Assembly (NCBI RefSeq): GCF_009914755.1 | Contig: NC_060945.1 | Strand: one strand, 5' to 3' | Source: the human T2T-CHM13v2.0 reference genome, Homo sapiens | DNA length: 64,000 nucleotides | Shown: positions 28,162 to 40,144 of the stretch, piece by piece | Layout of the letters: the number at the start of each line of letters is the position of its first letter | Numbering within the stretch: position 1 is the first letter of the stretch | Program-made: the position numbers and the translations under genes | Notes under the pieces: model-generated | Told to the model about the DNA's origin: nothing | Databases searched by the model: none | Seen by the model: the letters and a program-made list of their open reading frames with translations, nothing else

Positions 28162-28490
28162 ATAAATCACACTCACTTTTAAGTAATTTAGTTACCCTGG
28201 ATAACCAAGAGCAAGAGGTAATTTCTTATATTTGATTTCCACTTAGTACACACAGTGAAAGGGGAAAGATCTGCTCATTTGCAGAAACATGTTAACGTTA
28301 GTCAGGCACTCCCTTTTATGTAACACTATCAGATGCTTTCTCTCTAGATTTTTCCAGTGCCCACTGGAGTTTTCAAGTTCATGTTAGGACAAATATAGTG
28401 TATACTAAGCTGAAATCAAATATAAGAGAAATGAACTCTTGCTTTTAGTTATTCCAGGTAACTAAATTACTGAAAGTAAGTGTTATTTAT
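28162..28490. repeat. Inverted repeat with ~85-90-bp arms and a ~145-bp spacer
   Basis: 28169-28253 matches the reverse complement of 28398-28483 at about 85%. Confidence 0.92.
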
Positions 28491-28778
28491 TGTTTGAACA
28501 CACACTTATACTGTGTGTACTTGGCATACATAAGTCCATATACAATATGGCATAATTTAATGGAAGGAGCTCAAAACCTGAGACCAGAATAGCTAGTTTC
28601 AATTTCTGGTATTTCTACCAGTAATAACTGAACTTATGCAAAGTCACCATCTCAATGAAAACCAGAGATCACAAACCTTACAAGAAAAGTAGCTGAAGTT
28701 GAGGTCTATGTAATGTTAACATTAGGCCCATAAAATCAATATTAAATGCAAAGATGAATGACACAGGTAAAATTGTTA

Positions 28779-28909
28779 AGGGAAAAGATCTGCTCATTCT
28801 CAGCAACATGTTAATATTAGTCAGGCACTCCCTTTTATATCACACTATCAGATACCTTCTCTTTAGACTTTCCCAGCACCCATTGGAGTTTTCAAGTTCA
28901 TGTTAGGAC
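28779..28909 (+). repeat. Direct copy of the spacer 28260-28390
   Basis: 131 bp ungapped, 16 mismatches by hand count. Confidence 0.93.
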
Positions 28910-29204
28910 CAACATGATTTTGAAGACACAGGTGCCTCTCTCAGTGACTCTACCTCCAGCCACAGAGGTCTTCCTAAACACAGGCAACTCTCCTCTGAGT
29001 TTGTTCCAGGTTTGGCATCATGCACCACTCTCCACACTCTATGCACTTGGAAGCTAGAACCTATTCCAAGTTGACTATGCAACTGATGTAATAGATCAGT
29101 GGCAGAACATTAACTAAAAACTCTTCAAGAATAGTATTTGAAAAAAATTTTAATGTGTCCACGTGGAAAATCTGATGAAAAACATCAGCAGTATAGATTG
29201 CAAT

Positions 29205-29340
29205 TGCCAGAATGCAAACCTCAAGGGGCAGATGCTGTCCATTTTATTCACTGTTGTACATCCTGCAATTTTCTAAGTGTGTCTGGCTCATGCTAGGGAA
29301 GTAAGAACTCAAATAATATTTGTTGAATGAAGAATGAATA
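29205..29340 (+). mobile_element. L2 3' end
   Basis: ttttattcactgttgta...atatttgttgaatgaagaatgaat. Confidence 0.7.
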
Positions 29341-29849
29341 TTAAAATGATGAAAAAACTAAGTGCCTAAAAATAAAGTCATGGGTCTGTACACACTTATG
29401 TAAAAATATGAACAACTAAAAACATTACTTGGAACTTTGGGGATCTTTGGGTTAAAATATCCAAAATGATGCTCCAGCCAAGGTAATGATTGGCATAAAA
29501 TAAATTTGGACCTCTCTCAAGGAAATAAAAGCATGTGAACAATGATATTGTCACTATAGATTTCCACACTATTCATATAAATCTCCATAATATTTCTATT
29601 TATGTGATGTACTTAACTACATAATAGTACCATATTTATTTGGTGGTTTTTTGGCAAATTACAGAAATTAGTGTATTTCATCTTCCCTTGTGAAACAGGA
29701 AAGGCTGATATGATTACTGCTAGTTCACAGATGAAGAGATTTAGGCTTAAAGATATTAAAGGTCTTATAAAGATACACCAATCAACTGTTAAGACCCTGT
29801 TTAGGAAGAAAATGTAAATAATAAAAAAAGTAGTAAAAACAACATAACA

Positions 29850-30080
29850 ATAATAATAATAAAACAAATGTATCCAGATATTACTCAAAGCCCTTTCATA
29901 TTGAGCTCTTACCAATGACACTGTGAGGTTTGCAATAGTTTTAATTCAATTTATCAGATGCAACAGCAATGGCCTGGTAAGACTAAATAACCCTCACTCA
30001 CTCATCGATGTATCTAGTAAATCACGGACGTGGGAATCAAACCTATGCTTTCTGACACCAAAACATGCTTCGGAAAGCCT
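29850..30080 (-). mobile_element. MIR (degenerate)
   Basis: tctagtaaat...gggaatcaaacctatgctttctgacaccaaa. Confidence 0.5.
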
Positions 30081-33000
30081 GGCTGCCCACTGCTCAATTC
30101 TTAATCCTATTTTCACCATGACCTCTATAATTGTATGTGTTGAGATGATGCACACAAATATATTATCTGTCTTTCTGCAATCCTTATTATAAATATTACA
30201 CATCTGTCCTAAAATTGCATATGCACTTGGAATATTTTTTTAATTAATGGTGGTGGGCCACGTCTACTAAGTTTACCTAGATCCTGTTCTAACCATTAGT
30301 TATAAGTCAGCCACCCAATTAAGGAAGATATTTGTGATTGTGAAGCTCACAGACCAACTAATTACATATGTCAACTAACTGGTTGTTGATATACACTGGT
30401 GTATACAGAGAGGCAGGAATGACTCCAGCAGCTCCACACAATTCCCAGCAACCAGCTATATTTCTCTTCTATGCAAGCTGCTGGGAAACTTCTTGAGTGC
30501 AGTAATAATGTTAAGGGCACCACTATCCTACCGACCTTCTCTGTCTCTTAACTGTTGCATAAGATTATAAACTTTCCAACAGACATTCACAGTGTATGCT
30601 CAAATCACGTGTCTATGTGAACTCAATACCCTCTCAAATATTCAGTATGCATGAATTTTATCTTAGCTTTTATCCTTTTCTCCAAAGCTGAAGCTTAAGC
30701 AGACACTTTGACAAGAAAAGTAGACCAGTAATTAATTCATTCAAGCATTTGAGTGCCTTCTCTATATGAGGACCCAGTACTAAGTGCCTAGCGATTTTGC
30801 TATACTTTACTTTGAATATTTTAAGTCACTAAAAAACATGCCAGTTAATAATCTAGAGACCCTTTTTATTGGTTGGTTGATTGTTTAGTTGATCGGTCGG
30901 TTGCTTGGATGGGTGATGGTTTGTTGGAAAGAAGAATGGGACAGGATATAATAAAGAATACAACTCCCCTTTCTTTTTCCTTACACACACTCATACACAC
31001 ACACATAAACTTTGGCTTAGTCCCCAACCCCTTTTTGTTAATTTTTTGTATTCAATATTGCACTTGACTGACACAAGAAAGTCACTGTAGAGAAACAGGT
31101 TTCCTCTGAGGTAAAGCTGGTTTCCACAGTGTGCTAAACTGCTCATTTAAAAGCGTGCATTGGTCCTTAGGTGCATACGGGGCAACAGTGCTCATGTCAG
31201 CCACAGGACACTCCAGGCCAGAAGGAGTAACACATTTGTACTGCACATAAACAACACCAGGCCATGCCATGCCATTTTATTTTATGCATTTTGGCTCCCA
31301 TTTAGAAAAAAGAAAACCTCATTATCTTGTCGCATATATTTGTAAGGTCAGTGAATCATGTTGTTTGTTTTCACCTTGAAAACTACTTTTACGTAGATGA
31401 TTGTGATTGCTTGGAGCTTAGAAAAATACTGAGATCTGTGAACAAATATGTCTTAAAGCATCCTTTTCCCTTCTCCTCCTGAGTTCCTTTAGATGTGGGG
31501 GATATAGGAAAGGAAAATGCTACCTTATATTTGTTATACAGGGATGAGGAACATTGGCTAGCACAGCCATTTCTAGCATCCCTAGATTTGTCTCTTTCAA
31601 AAGGTAAAAGACACAAGCAAAACCCCAATTAAGTTAATAAATATTGGAAATTATAACACACACGCTCATTAGTTACTTTGTATTGTTCAGAATATTTTTT
31701 TTTTTTTTGACCAGGGTGAGTAGAGTTGATTGCATTCCCAAAAACCCAGGATGTTAAACCTAGAACTTATCTCAGATAAAGGATATTTCAGTTATGTATA
31801 GTAGTAAGTTCTTTTTTAAAAAAATAAATACTTTGAAACTATTTTAGAAAAGACTCTATCCAATACAATGCACATTAAAATTACCCATAGTCTAGAAAAA
31901 ACATGTGTGTAGTAAAAGTTAGTATTTGATATCTGCAGCTCAAAGTAGCACATTTCTATTTTTCTTTTAGTGGGCATGTTCAGTGATTAAAAAATAAAAC
32001 CTAGTATGTTCTGAATTTTTGTAAAGGGGCTGACTAATTGTAGGTCAGAGCTAGTATAGTAACTGAGCAATTTCAACTGCTCAGGAAGCGTCACTATGCC
32101 AGTGTCTGGCACTGCTCCTGGCATATTCTGTTAGTTCCTGGAAAGGGGGAGTTAGAAGTCCTCAGAGATCAGGGCTTCACTCTTGCGGTTGAAAGTGGAA
32201 GATGGGAGAAACTAAGAGACCCATGTGATGTCACAGCTTCTCCTGTGGCTCCCTCTGTGACCGTGACTCTAAGAAGCCCGATGGGTTGGGAAAGGAGGAG
32301 GGCAAATGAGATTCAGCGAACAATAACTGGGTTTAGTTTTAAAGGCGAAGAGCTGTGTCAACCCTCAAAGTTCAGAAATTGCCCTATGCAGCCACAGACC
32401 AAACCTTGGTGGTGGGTGCTATACACTTATGGCTGTCAGTCCACGCCCCTTCCACTGTCCTTGCGTTTTGTCATCTTTGGGCTGCCCACATTCAGCTTTC
32501 CGGTGTCTTTTTTATCTCATTCGAGATCAGAGCCCTGAATCTCCTAGGAAGCTACCTGGACTGGGAACTGGATCTTGCTCAGTGGCAGGCAAGCGGGCAA
32601 ATTAGGGAGCAAGTGGGAAACTTAAGTGTCTGCTGATGTTGCTAACTGACCGTCCTTCTCACTCTTCGAATCTTCAGCTCGAAGTCAGATCTGAACTCTG
32701 CCCCAATCTAGTGGAACCCGTCAGAGTTGGCAGACTCCATGTGGAAGTCTTACTTAGGCATAAAAACTTGGAGGCTCTGGGGTAACAGGCTCTAGGATAT
32801 TCCCACATCCCTAGTGGTCCCTGTATTCTATTCTTGAGATTCGTGCATACTTGCCAGTGCCCAGAGCCCAGGTTGCCAGGCACCGGGACTGCGGATCTGG
32901 ACTGCCAGACGCCCACCCAGGAGGCTGGGAGAGCTCATTTCTGCGCCCAACTCAAGTGGCTGCAGCGGCTCGCGATCCCTTGCCCAGAGTAGGGGTGCCG

Positions 33001-33279
33001 GTCCCTGCGAACCTGGATCCCCGCACTCTAGCCCGCGTTCCTGGAGCCCAGATTGAAAAACCCGCCAACTGTACCTCCCGGGGAAGGCCGGCACCCTCCA
33101 GGAGGGAAGCAGTGACGCGGCTCCCCCTTTTTTGTGTAGCCTCCCATGAGCACTGACCTCCACCTTCCCCAGCTCCGGCTCCTGCGCCGCCGCGCGCTGC
33201 CTCGCCCGGGACCCGCTACACCCGCGTTGGTGCGGCGACCGACCACGTCTCCCGAGCAGGCAGCCTGGGGCTCACTCAC

Positions 33280-33397
33280 CGATCCTGAGTACTTGCGGGG
33301 CGGTCTGAGGGAGGATATAGCAGAGGAAATAGAGGAGTGCCCAGCTGGTGTCCCTGGTCCAGAGCCCGGGCTGGGCGAGGAGTGTGCCGTGCTCCAT
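33280..33397 (-). CDS. GRIK1: GRIK1 first coding exon (signal peptide and start of the amino-terminal domain of kainate receptor GluK1); 118 nt, ends in phase 1
   Basis: The minus strand reads aagATGG (strong Kozak) and translates to MEHGTLLAQPGLWTRDTSWALLYFLCYILPQTAPQVLRI+G, which I recognise as the human GluK1 N-terminus. It is followed by the donor ATCG|GTGAGT and lies in a CpG island. Confidence 0.97.
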
Positions 33398-33930
33398 CTT
33401 CCTAGCTTCTTAATTCATGCCGAGATACAGCCGCTGCCGGACGCCCGAGAGATGCACCCAACTTGGGCCGGGTCCCCGCCTCATCCTCTCTGGATGCTCC
33501 GGTTCCAAGCACGCTGCGCGCTCCCCACGGAGCGAGCTCGAGGGAACCCGCGTGGGACCGCGGAGCTGGCTGGCAAGGCTGAGCTCTCTCGGGGCTCCTC
33601 AGTGCTGTCGCTAGCCCATCACGGCTCCTCCTCCTCCTCTTCCATGGGCCGCAGACCGCGGAGGATCAGCGCTCTCTGGCTCCCGGAGCCCAGAGACCAG
33701 CTGAGGAAAGTTGCTGCCCCGATCTGCAGGAACGTCTCCCTCATTCGTCCTTTGGTCAGATGCAAAAGTCGGGGGATAGGCACAGACAGAGGAGGGAAAA
33801 GGGGGAAAGAAGACTAACGAAGAAGGAGAGAGGGTACAGGGTGAGTTGGTGCAGGGGCTCTGAGCAAGCCTGATGAGCTCCAGCAGGTTAACTGGGAGCG
33901 GAGCCACGTTCCGGCTTCTCTGAATCTTTG
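33398..33930 (-). other. GRIK1: GRIK1 5' UTR part of exon 1 (TSS approximate)
   Basis: GC-rich sequence between the ATG and a TATA-like element. The TSS is inferred ~30 nt downstream of that element. Confidence 0.65.
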
Positions 33931-33940
33931 CTTTCCTCCT

Positions 33941-33985
33941 CCCCTCGCTGGCCCCACCCTTTATTTACTGCCCGCCCCAACCCCA
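33941..33985 (-). promoter_or_regulatory. Putative core promoter: GC box (GGGGCGGG, 33971-33978) and TATA-like TAAATAAAG (33959-33967)
   Basis: Motifs read directly on the minus strand, in the expected order upstream of exon 1. Confidence 0.6.
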
Positions 33986-33999
33986 CTGATCAAGATACT

Positions 34000-34070
34000 C
34001 GCGCGCGCGCGCGCACACACACACACAGACACACAGACACACACACAGACACACACACACACACACACGC
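34000..34070. repeat. (CG)7 followed by interrupted (CA)n microsatellite
   Basis: cgcgcgcgcgcgcgcacacacacacacagacacac... read directly. Confidence 0.95.
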
Positions 34071-35316
34071 TCTTTTTTCTCTCCCTCAACTTTGCGCTCT
34101 GCTGCTGGGAAGTCGATCGAGTGTTGCATTCTCAAGACAGATCAAATCTAAACTATTGGTCCGAGCAGAGAAAGCCTCTGCTGTCCGCTGTGAGTGGCAA
34201 GGAAGCCTTCTTGGTAATGTCCGTGTGCACCTGTTAGGGGGTCTTATAGACAGCCAGCTATGACTCGTCCCATCATTTAATGGAAAATCACCTCCAATAT
34301 TTTGGAAAATACCGGGGCTCCTGTTTTGACTCTGACGAGGATGATGAACAGGGGAAGGGGGAGAGGAATGAGAAAGCTTCAGTACTCCAAGATTATAGTG
34401 GCTTCATTCCTATTTGGACCCAAGATAATCTCTTGCAAATTGCTTCCATTTACACATGCCACTGAGATAGAAGCAGCCTCCAGCGCCGCTACTTTTCTTC
34501 ATTTCTTTTAACTGTCAGGTCTGAATACTGAAAGATAGGCTATTTTAGCAATGTAGGTTTGGAGACTGTTTCTCTGTAGAAGGACAAGGACACTTCCCTA
34601 GGGAAATCAGCATTTGATTATGTTGGATTAATTTCCTTCGAGTTTTGTGGGGAATGTTCTATATATATGTTTGCTAGGTCTATATTAACATCTCTTTTTT
34701 TTAACTGGTAAATAGATTTTGAAGAACTGACCAAATCCATATGAAAAGTATGTCCACAGTTGTTATATGAGCCTAGAGTGGGAAACAATTGCAAAAGGAA
34801 TCTAATATATCTTAAAGTCCATTCGTGTATTAATTAATTAATTCATTCATTATTCAACAAATACCTACTGAGTATTTTGTTTGTGGTGTCAGACACTATA
34901 CTTTTCACTAAAAACCCTATGGTGGGGAAAATGCATGTTCATTCTCCAAGGGAGGTTAGAACTCCACTGTGGAAAGCTAGTCAGTTCATATCTCAAGTAG
35001 TAGGCTTGGTTCTGGACACTTTGGGATGAGAGTTAACAAAGCAGAACATGTCTGCAGATAAGAAGAGGGACTGATAGGGATTTAGGAATGCATTTTTGCG
35101 TGGAAAGATTGAGGAAACCAAGAGGAATTAGGAGCACATGCTGGTTATCTTCAGACATTTGAAGAATTCTTGTGTTAAAAGAAAGTAGCCTTATTCAGTG
35201 TTAGATATGTGAGAAGAGCTAAGAAAAATAAGATTGTCAGAGGGAAATTGTAGAAGAGTAAATTTTGTCTCATTCGGGGAGCATTTTTAAGACCAGAGAA
35301 TATCAAACAGCGGCAA

Positions 35317-35445
35317 GGCTGGGTGTGCTGGCTTACATTGGAGCACTTTGGTGATGTTGAGGAGGGAAGATGACCTAAAACCAGGAGTTCGAGGCCAGCC
35401 TTGGAAACATAGCGAGACCCTTCCTGTGCAAATAAAAATTAAGAA
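35317..35445 (+). mobile_element. FLAM (free left Alu monomer) with decayed TSD
   Basis: Single monomer with A-tail; AAACAGCGGCA vs AAACAGTAGCA flanks. Confidence 0.8.
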
Positions 35446-35909
35446 AAACAGTAGCATGACCTGCTTCAGAAAAGAGGCAAAGTCAAACTATTCATTTATT
35501 TATGCATATTTTTTGAGGGCCCACGTTGTGTGAGGTATTGTGCCAATCTCTGGAGACACAGAGGGATATGATTGCTGCCACTCTGGAACTCATTGGCATT
35601 AAAGTATGATGAGCTTTACAAAATGGTGTTATGGAAGTAAAGAAAAAAAGTAGTGTAATCCCATTTAAGAGTTTGGAAAGGGGTTCTTCAGGAAGTGATG
35701 CTTCAAAACTCAAAGAATCAGTGGTTTAAAAGGGATTAGTAAGTATTTCTTAAAGTGAGAATGAATGTAAATCTGTTAGAGGGTTTATTTTTAAACCTAA
35801 AGGTCTGTGGTAAGCATTTTTAGTCATCTATTTTCTCTGGGTACATCAAAGACCAATACATAGCAGATAGTGAGTGGCTAAAGTTTGAAGACCCAAGGTC
35901 TAGAATTAA

Positions 35910-36545
35910 GTCAGCTTTTGAACAAACTGGGTTTAAATTCTGGTTTTACCAAGTCTATGTTTTTAGCTTTGGTTAAATTTTTATGTCTGCCTGTAGTCCA
36001 TTGCTGGTGCTTACGTATATCTAGTTTTCCCTTTCTCTGGCTCATGAAAGCCTGTACCTTTTCAATTAGTTGGAATCTACCTTTTCAATTAGTTGGAATC
36101 ATGTGACCATTTTTGGCCAATAAAATATGAGTGGAAGTGCACTGCTGCCAGGAGAAAAGGAAGACAGTGAAAAAAGATCCTGCATGACTTCCAGGACTCT
36201 CTTTCCCTGCCAGAGTAACTCTGAAAGCCACAAGTTCTAGAGGTTAAGATGAAAGCAGCCTCAATCCCTGAGTAATTTTTTGTAAGGGAGTTGCTCTGAA
36301 TGTTTCTAGAACAGCAACACACTGCTAACAAATCAGTCCCAGCTCAACATTATGTTTTAATCCACTACAATTTTGAGATATTTGTTACTGCAGCATAAGC
36401 TTCTCTATACTAACTAATAAACTTTCTATGACTTGATATCTTCATCTGTAAAATGAGGATAATAATAACACTACAGGGCCATTGGAGGATTATATGAGCT
36501 ACTGCATGTGAAGAATTTCCCAAGGTCCTTGTTACTCAGCATATT
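35910..36545 (+). mobile_element. MIR split by an old MLT1 LTR (~35992-36420)
   Basis: MIR 5' part ctgggtttaaattctgg and 3' part catctgtaaaatgaggataataata flank an LTR ending tttgttactgcagcata. Confidence 0.65.
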
Positions 36546-37469
36546 TTAGTTTATTTGTGGTCATTACTTTTCTGGTTAAAGGAATCCATGCATATATTTC
36601 TAGTAATAATCTGCCCCAGATTGCAGAGACTGAAATATTTTGTTTTTTGGGCAAGAAGTCAACAACACTGGTCCAATTAATTATATGGTAATCATAATTG
36701 TTCTGATACTATTTCAGGAGTTTTGCTACTTTTTACCTGTATTGTCTCTGGTTTATGAGGAAACAGTTCATTTTGATAATTAGAGATATTAGAGAGATTT
36801 CCTAAAGGAAGTTTCTCGAAAACTAAATGGCACACTGCAGTTATGTTTCTGTATCATCTGTAAAATTCTGTAAAGCTTAAAACTGAAATTTATTTCCTTG
36901 TTAAAATGCTTCTCTCCACTGCTCATGTACACAGGCTCATGGTGTTGAGTTACTCATGAGTGATCAGCAGCTGCTGTTAATTTGTTTTGTGCTTTTTAGA
37001 AGGACTGTATTTTGTACATATATTCATCCAGTTATTTTTTGCCCGAAATGACTCTGGTAATCACTCTTGATTCACATTTTCTCATAGTGCCCTCTTAAGA
37101 ATAAACATGTCTAATTGAATGCATGCCGTCTTTTTCCCATTCCCCAAATCTTAAGCTTAAATTGATACACCGTGGTTAACAATAAAACAGTACAATGACA
37201 TGCAGCATTGTGCTTCCTATGAGAGCTGGTGGCATTACTTAGATACTAATCCATTTTAAATTACTTAATTTTTAGGAGATAACAGATACAAAGAAAAATA
37301 GCTTAGAGTAACCTGGGGAATGCGAATGTTATACAGTCTTTTCAAAATGTTGTGAGCATAGTTGAGGAAACTTAAAATGTTACTCATGGCACCAAAAACA
37401 AAAGATCAAGTGGCTTTTAGAGCCTGCTGGGACTGTGTAGCTGATGTAGGGTCTAAATCTTGAGTTCTT

Positions 37470-38410
37470 GACTACTTCTTTATGCTTTTTTCGCTAGGTC
37501 ATATCATATATTTCTATGATGTTAAATACTACCTTTTAGCCAAAGATTCCCAAATGTTGTCTTTTGCTCAAACCTCCCGATTCATGCAGCCAATTTTAGT
37601 GACCATTTCTAAGTGAGCCAACATCTCAAATCCTTGATTCTGTCCCATGTCATTGTCCCGCACTGAATCCTCTCCCAAATTTTCTTATTTCAATATGAAC
37701 ACCACCTTCCACCCAGCCATTAAAACTGGAAAATCAGGAGGTCACCCTTCATTTTTTTCCTTACTTCTTCACCTACTCCCGTATCAGTTTATTTTTATAA
37801 TGGCTTTACCTCCAGAGTATGTCTTTAGTCAGCTTCTCTATACTCCACTGATATCATACTAGCCTGGGGTTTCTCAACCTCAAAACTATTGATATTTTCG
37901 GTTAGAAAATTATTTTTTATGAAGGCAGTTGTCCGGTTCTTTGTAGGACTTTTAGCCACTTCCCAGGGCTCTCTCCACTAGATGTCAGCAGTATCCTCCT
38001 CCCAAGGTGGGACAACAAAAATGTCTGCAGACATTGTCAAATAAATGCCCTCCGATGTACAAAATTACCCCTGATTGAGAGCCACGGCACTAGCCTAAAT
38101 CACCATGATCTTCCATCTTCCATCTGGTCTATTACAATAAACTCTTAATTGTCTCTCTTCTCTCATTTGCCTCTTTCTATCCATTCTGTCTGTTTGATCT
38201 AAATTAGCTCCTCCCACTGGCTTTCTTCACAAGGCCCTTCTTAGATCCCTCCTGGTCATTATTAACTCTCTACTTGTTTTATTTATTTTATTACAAATTC
38301 TCTGAGAGTGGACTCTTTGTCTGTTCTGTTTGCTTGAAACCTTAGTGTGTAACACTGTGCCTGGTGCTTAGAGGGAGCTTGATTACTACTCACTGAATGA
38401 ATAAATGAAT
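37470..38410 (+). mobile_element. L2 fragment hosting a MER20
   Basis: L2-like blocks and a (gaat)n tail near 38400. Confidence 0.6.
37865..38087 (-). mobile_element. MER20 with near-perfect 8-bp TSD (TACTAGCC/CACTAGCC)
   Basis: gggtttctcaacctc...ttgagagccacgg. Confidence 0.85.
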
Positions 38411-39189
38411 GAGTGATGCTCTCTCATAAGATGTACAACCTATAAATTATAGCAGCAGATTTGTAAGATTGAGTTGAATAAGGAGACTAATTTCTCTTTT
38501 AATTTCATTCAAAGCACCTACATTGATCAGCTTAATGTTTAGTGTTATCCTGAGTTCATGTCTAGGAAAACCAGAGTATAACACTACATGTGCTTCTTCA
38601 GATTTCAGCAAAATGCTATATGGAGTAGGGGTTTCTTTTATAATTTCATTTTCAGCAAAGTGGCTATCATTACACATACCTTAACAATTTTACTGTAATT
38701 TCTGTACTAACACTGGTCTATCTGCCAAAGCACTGTGGAAAGCAGCTGTAGTGAAATCTTAAAAAAAAAAAACAACAAAAAAAAAAACAAAAGAAAACCT
38801 ATCTCTGTTATTTATCCCTTCACATCCTATTGTAATAACCTGAGACTCTAAAGAAATTCAGTCACATGGAGGGTCTGAACCTAGTTGGTATTTAGCTAAT
38901 TTCATACATATGTTGGACTCATCACAGGCTAAAGAAGGAAAGATCCAGGCTGAGTACTCAGGGTATTGGGAGCCAGCCCTGGGCTGACCACTGACTACAG
39001 CTCACTGCTCTTGGAGAAGTCACATCACCTCCTCGGACTTTAACTGCCTCAACCATAGCATGAAGTGGTTAGACTCATATTCTCCACTTCCTGTTCCAGA
39101 CCTAAGAGTCAATATAAATTGTAGAAATTTTGTAAAAGGATGGCTCATATTTTTGCTCTCCTTTGTTTATAAATAGAATGAGCTTTTCC

Positions 39190-39415
39190 TTAAGATAATG
39201 AGCATCTATTTGTATTTATTTTATATGCCAGACGCTGTTCTTCATATTTTTACAGGCGTTAACTTACCTAATACAGCAACCTTAAGAGGTAAGTACTACT
39301 GTTATGCACATATCACAGCTAAAGAAACTGAGGCAGAGAGGTGAAGCAGATGTCAGAAATGATAGAGCTGAGTGACAGAATTAGAGCTGGGTCACTATGG
39401 TTCTAAAGCCCCAGC
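39190..39415 (-). mobile_element. MIR
   Basis: aaactgaggcagagaggtgaag core. Confidence 0.75.
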
Positions 39416-39823
39416 TTTTTAAAAAACAAATTGAGATTAAATCCACATAACATGCAATTAACCTTTTCAAAACAAACAATTTAATTCCATTTAGTACATT
39501 TACAATGTAGCAAAACCACCAACTCCAGTTAATTCTCCTGTGGTTGGAAAGTCATGAGTGACACAGGAGTAGCAAAGGTGAAATTAGAGAGGCAGCAGGT
39601 GCATGCATCTGCTAAGGACTTGTGGGCTGGCATAAGGACTGACTTTTCTTCTGGATGAAATGGGAGTCACTGAAAGCTTTGAATAGAGAAGTGACAGCAT
39701 GAAGTTTATGTTTTAATTTGTTATCGTTTGTTTCAGGGACTACATTAGTTATCAGAGGCCCAGCCAATAGGTATTGTTCTTGCCTTCATGGGGCTTATGA
39801 TCATGTAAATAGTCCTGCAAATA

Positions 39824-40140
<317 letters not shown>

Positions 40141-40144
40141 TCAA

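Larger units (their letters stand above)
32850..34130. promoter_or_regulatory. CpG island spanning the GRIK1 promoter, exon 1 and start of intron 1
   Basis: Sharp rise in GC and CpG density against an AT-rich, CpG-depleted background. Confidence 0.92.

Noticed and set aside
33146-33817. 223-aa plus-strand ORF antisense to GRIK1 exon 1, the longest ORF in the track
   Set aside because: It lies wholly in the CpG island, where stop codons are rare. It is Arg/Pro/Ala/Gly-biased with no recognisable domain, and the true CDS is on the opposite strand.
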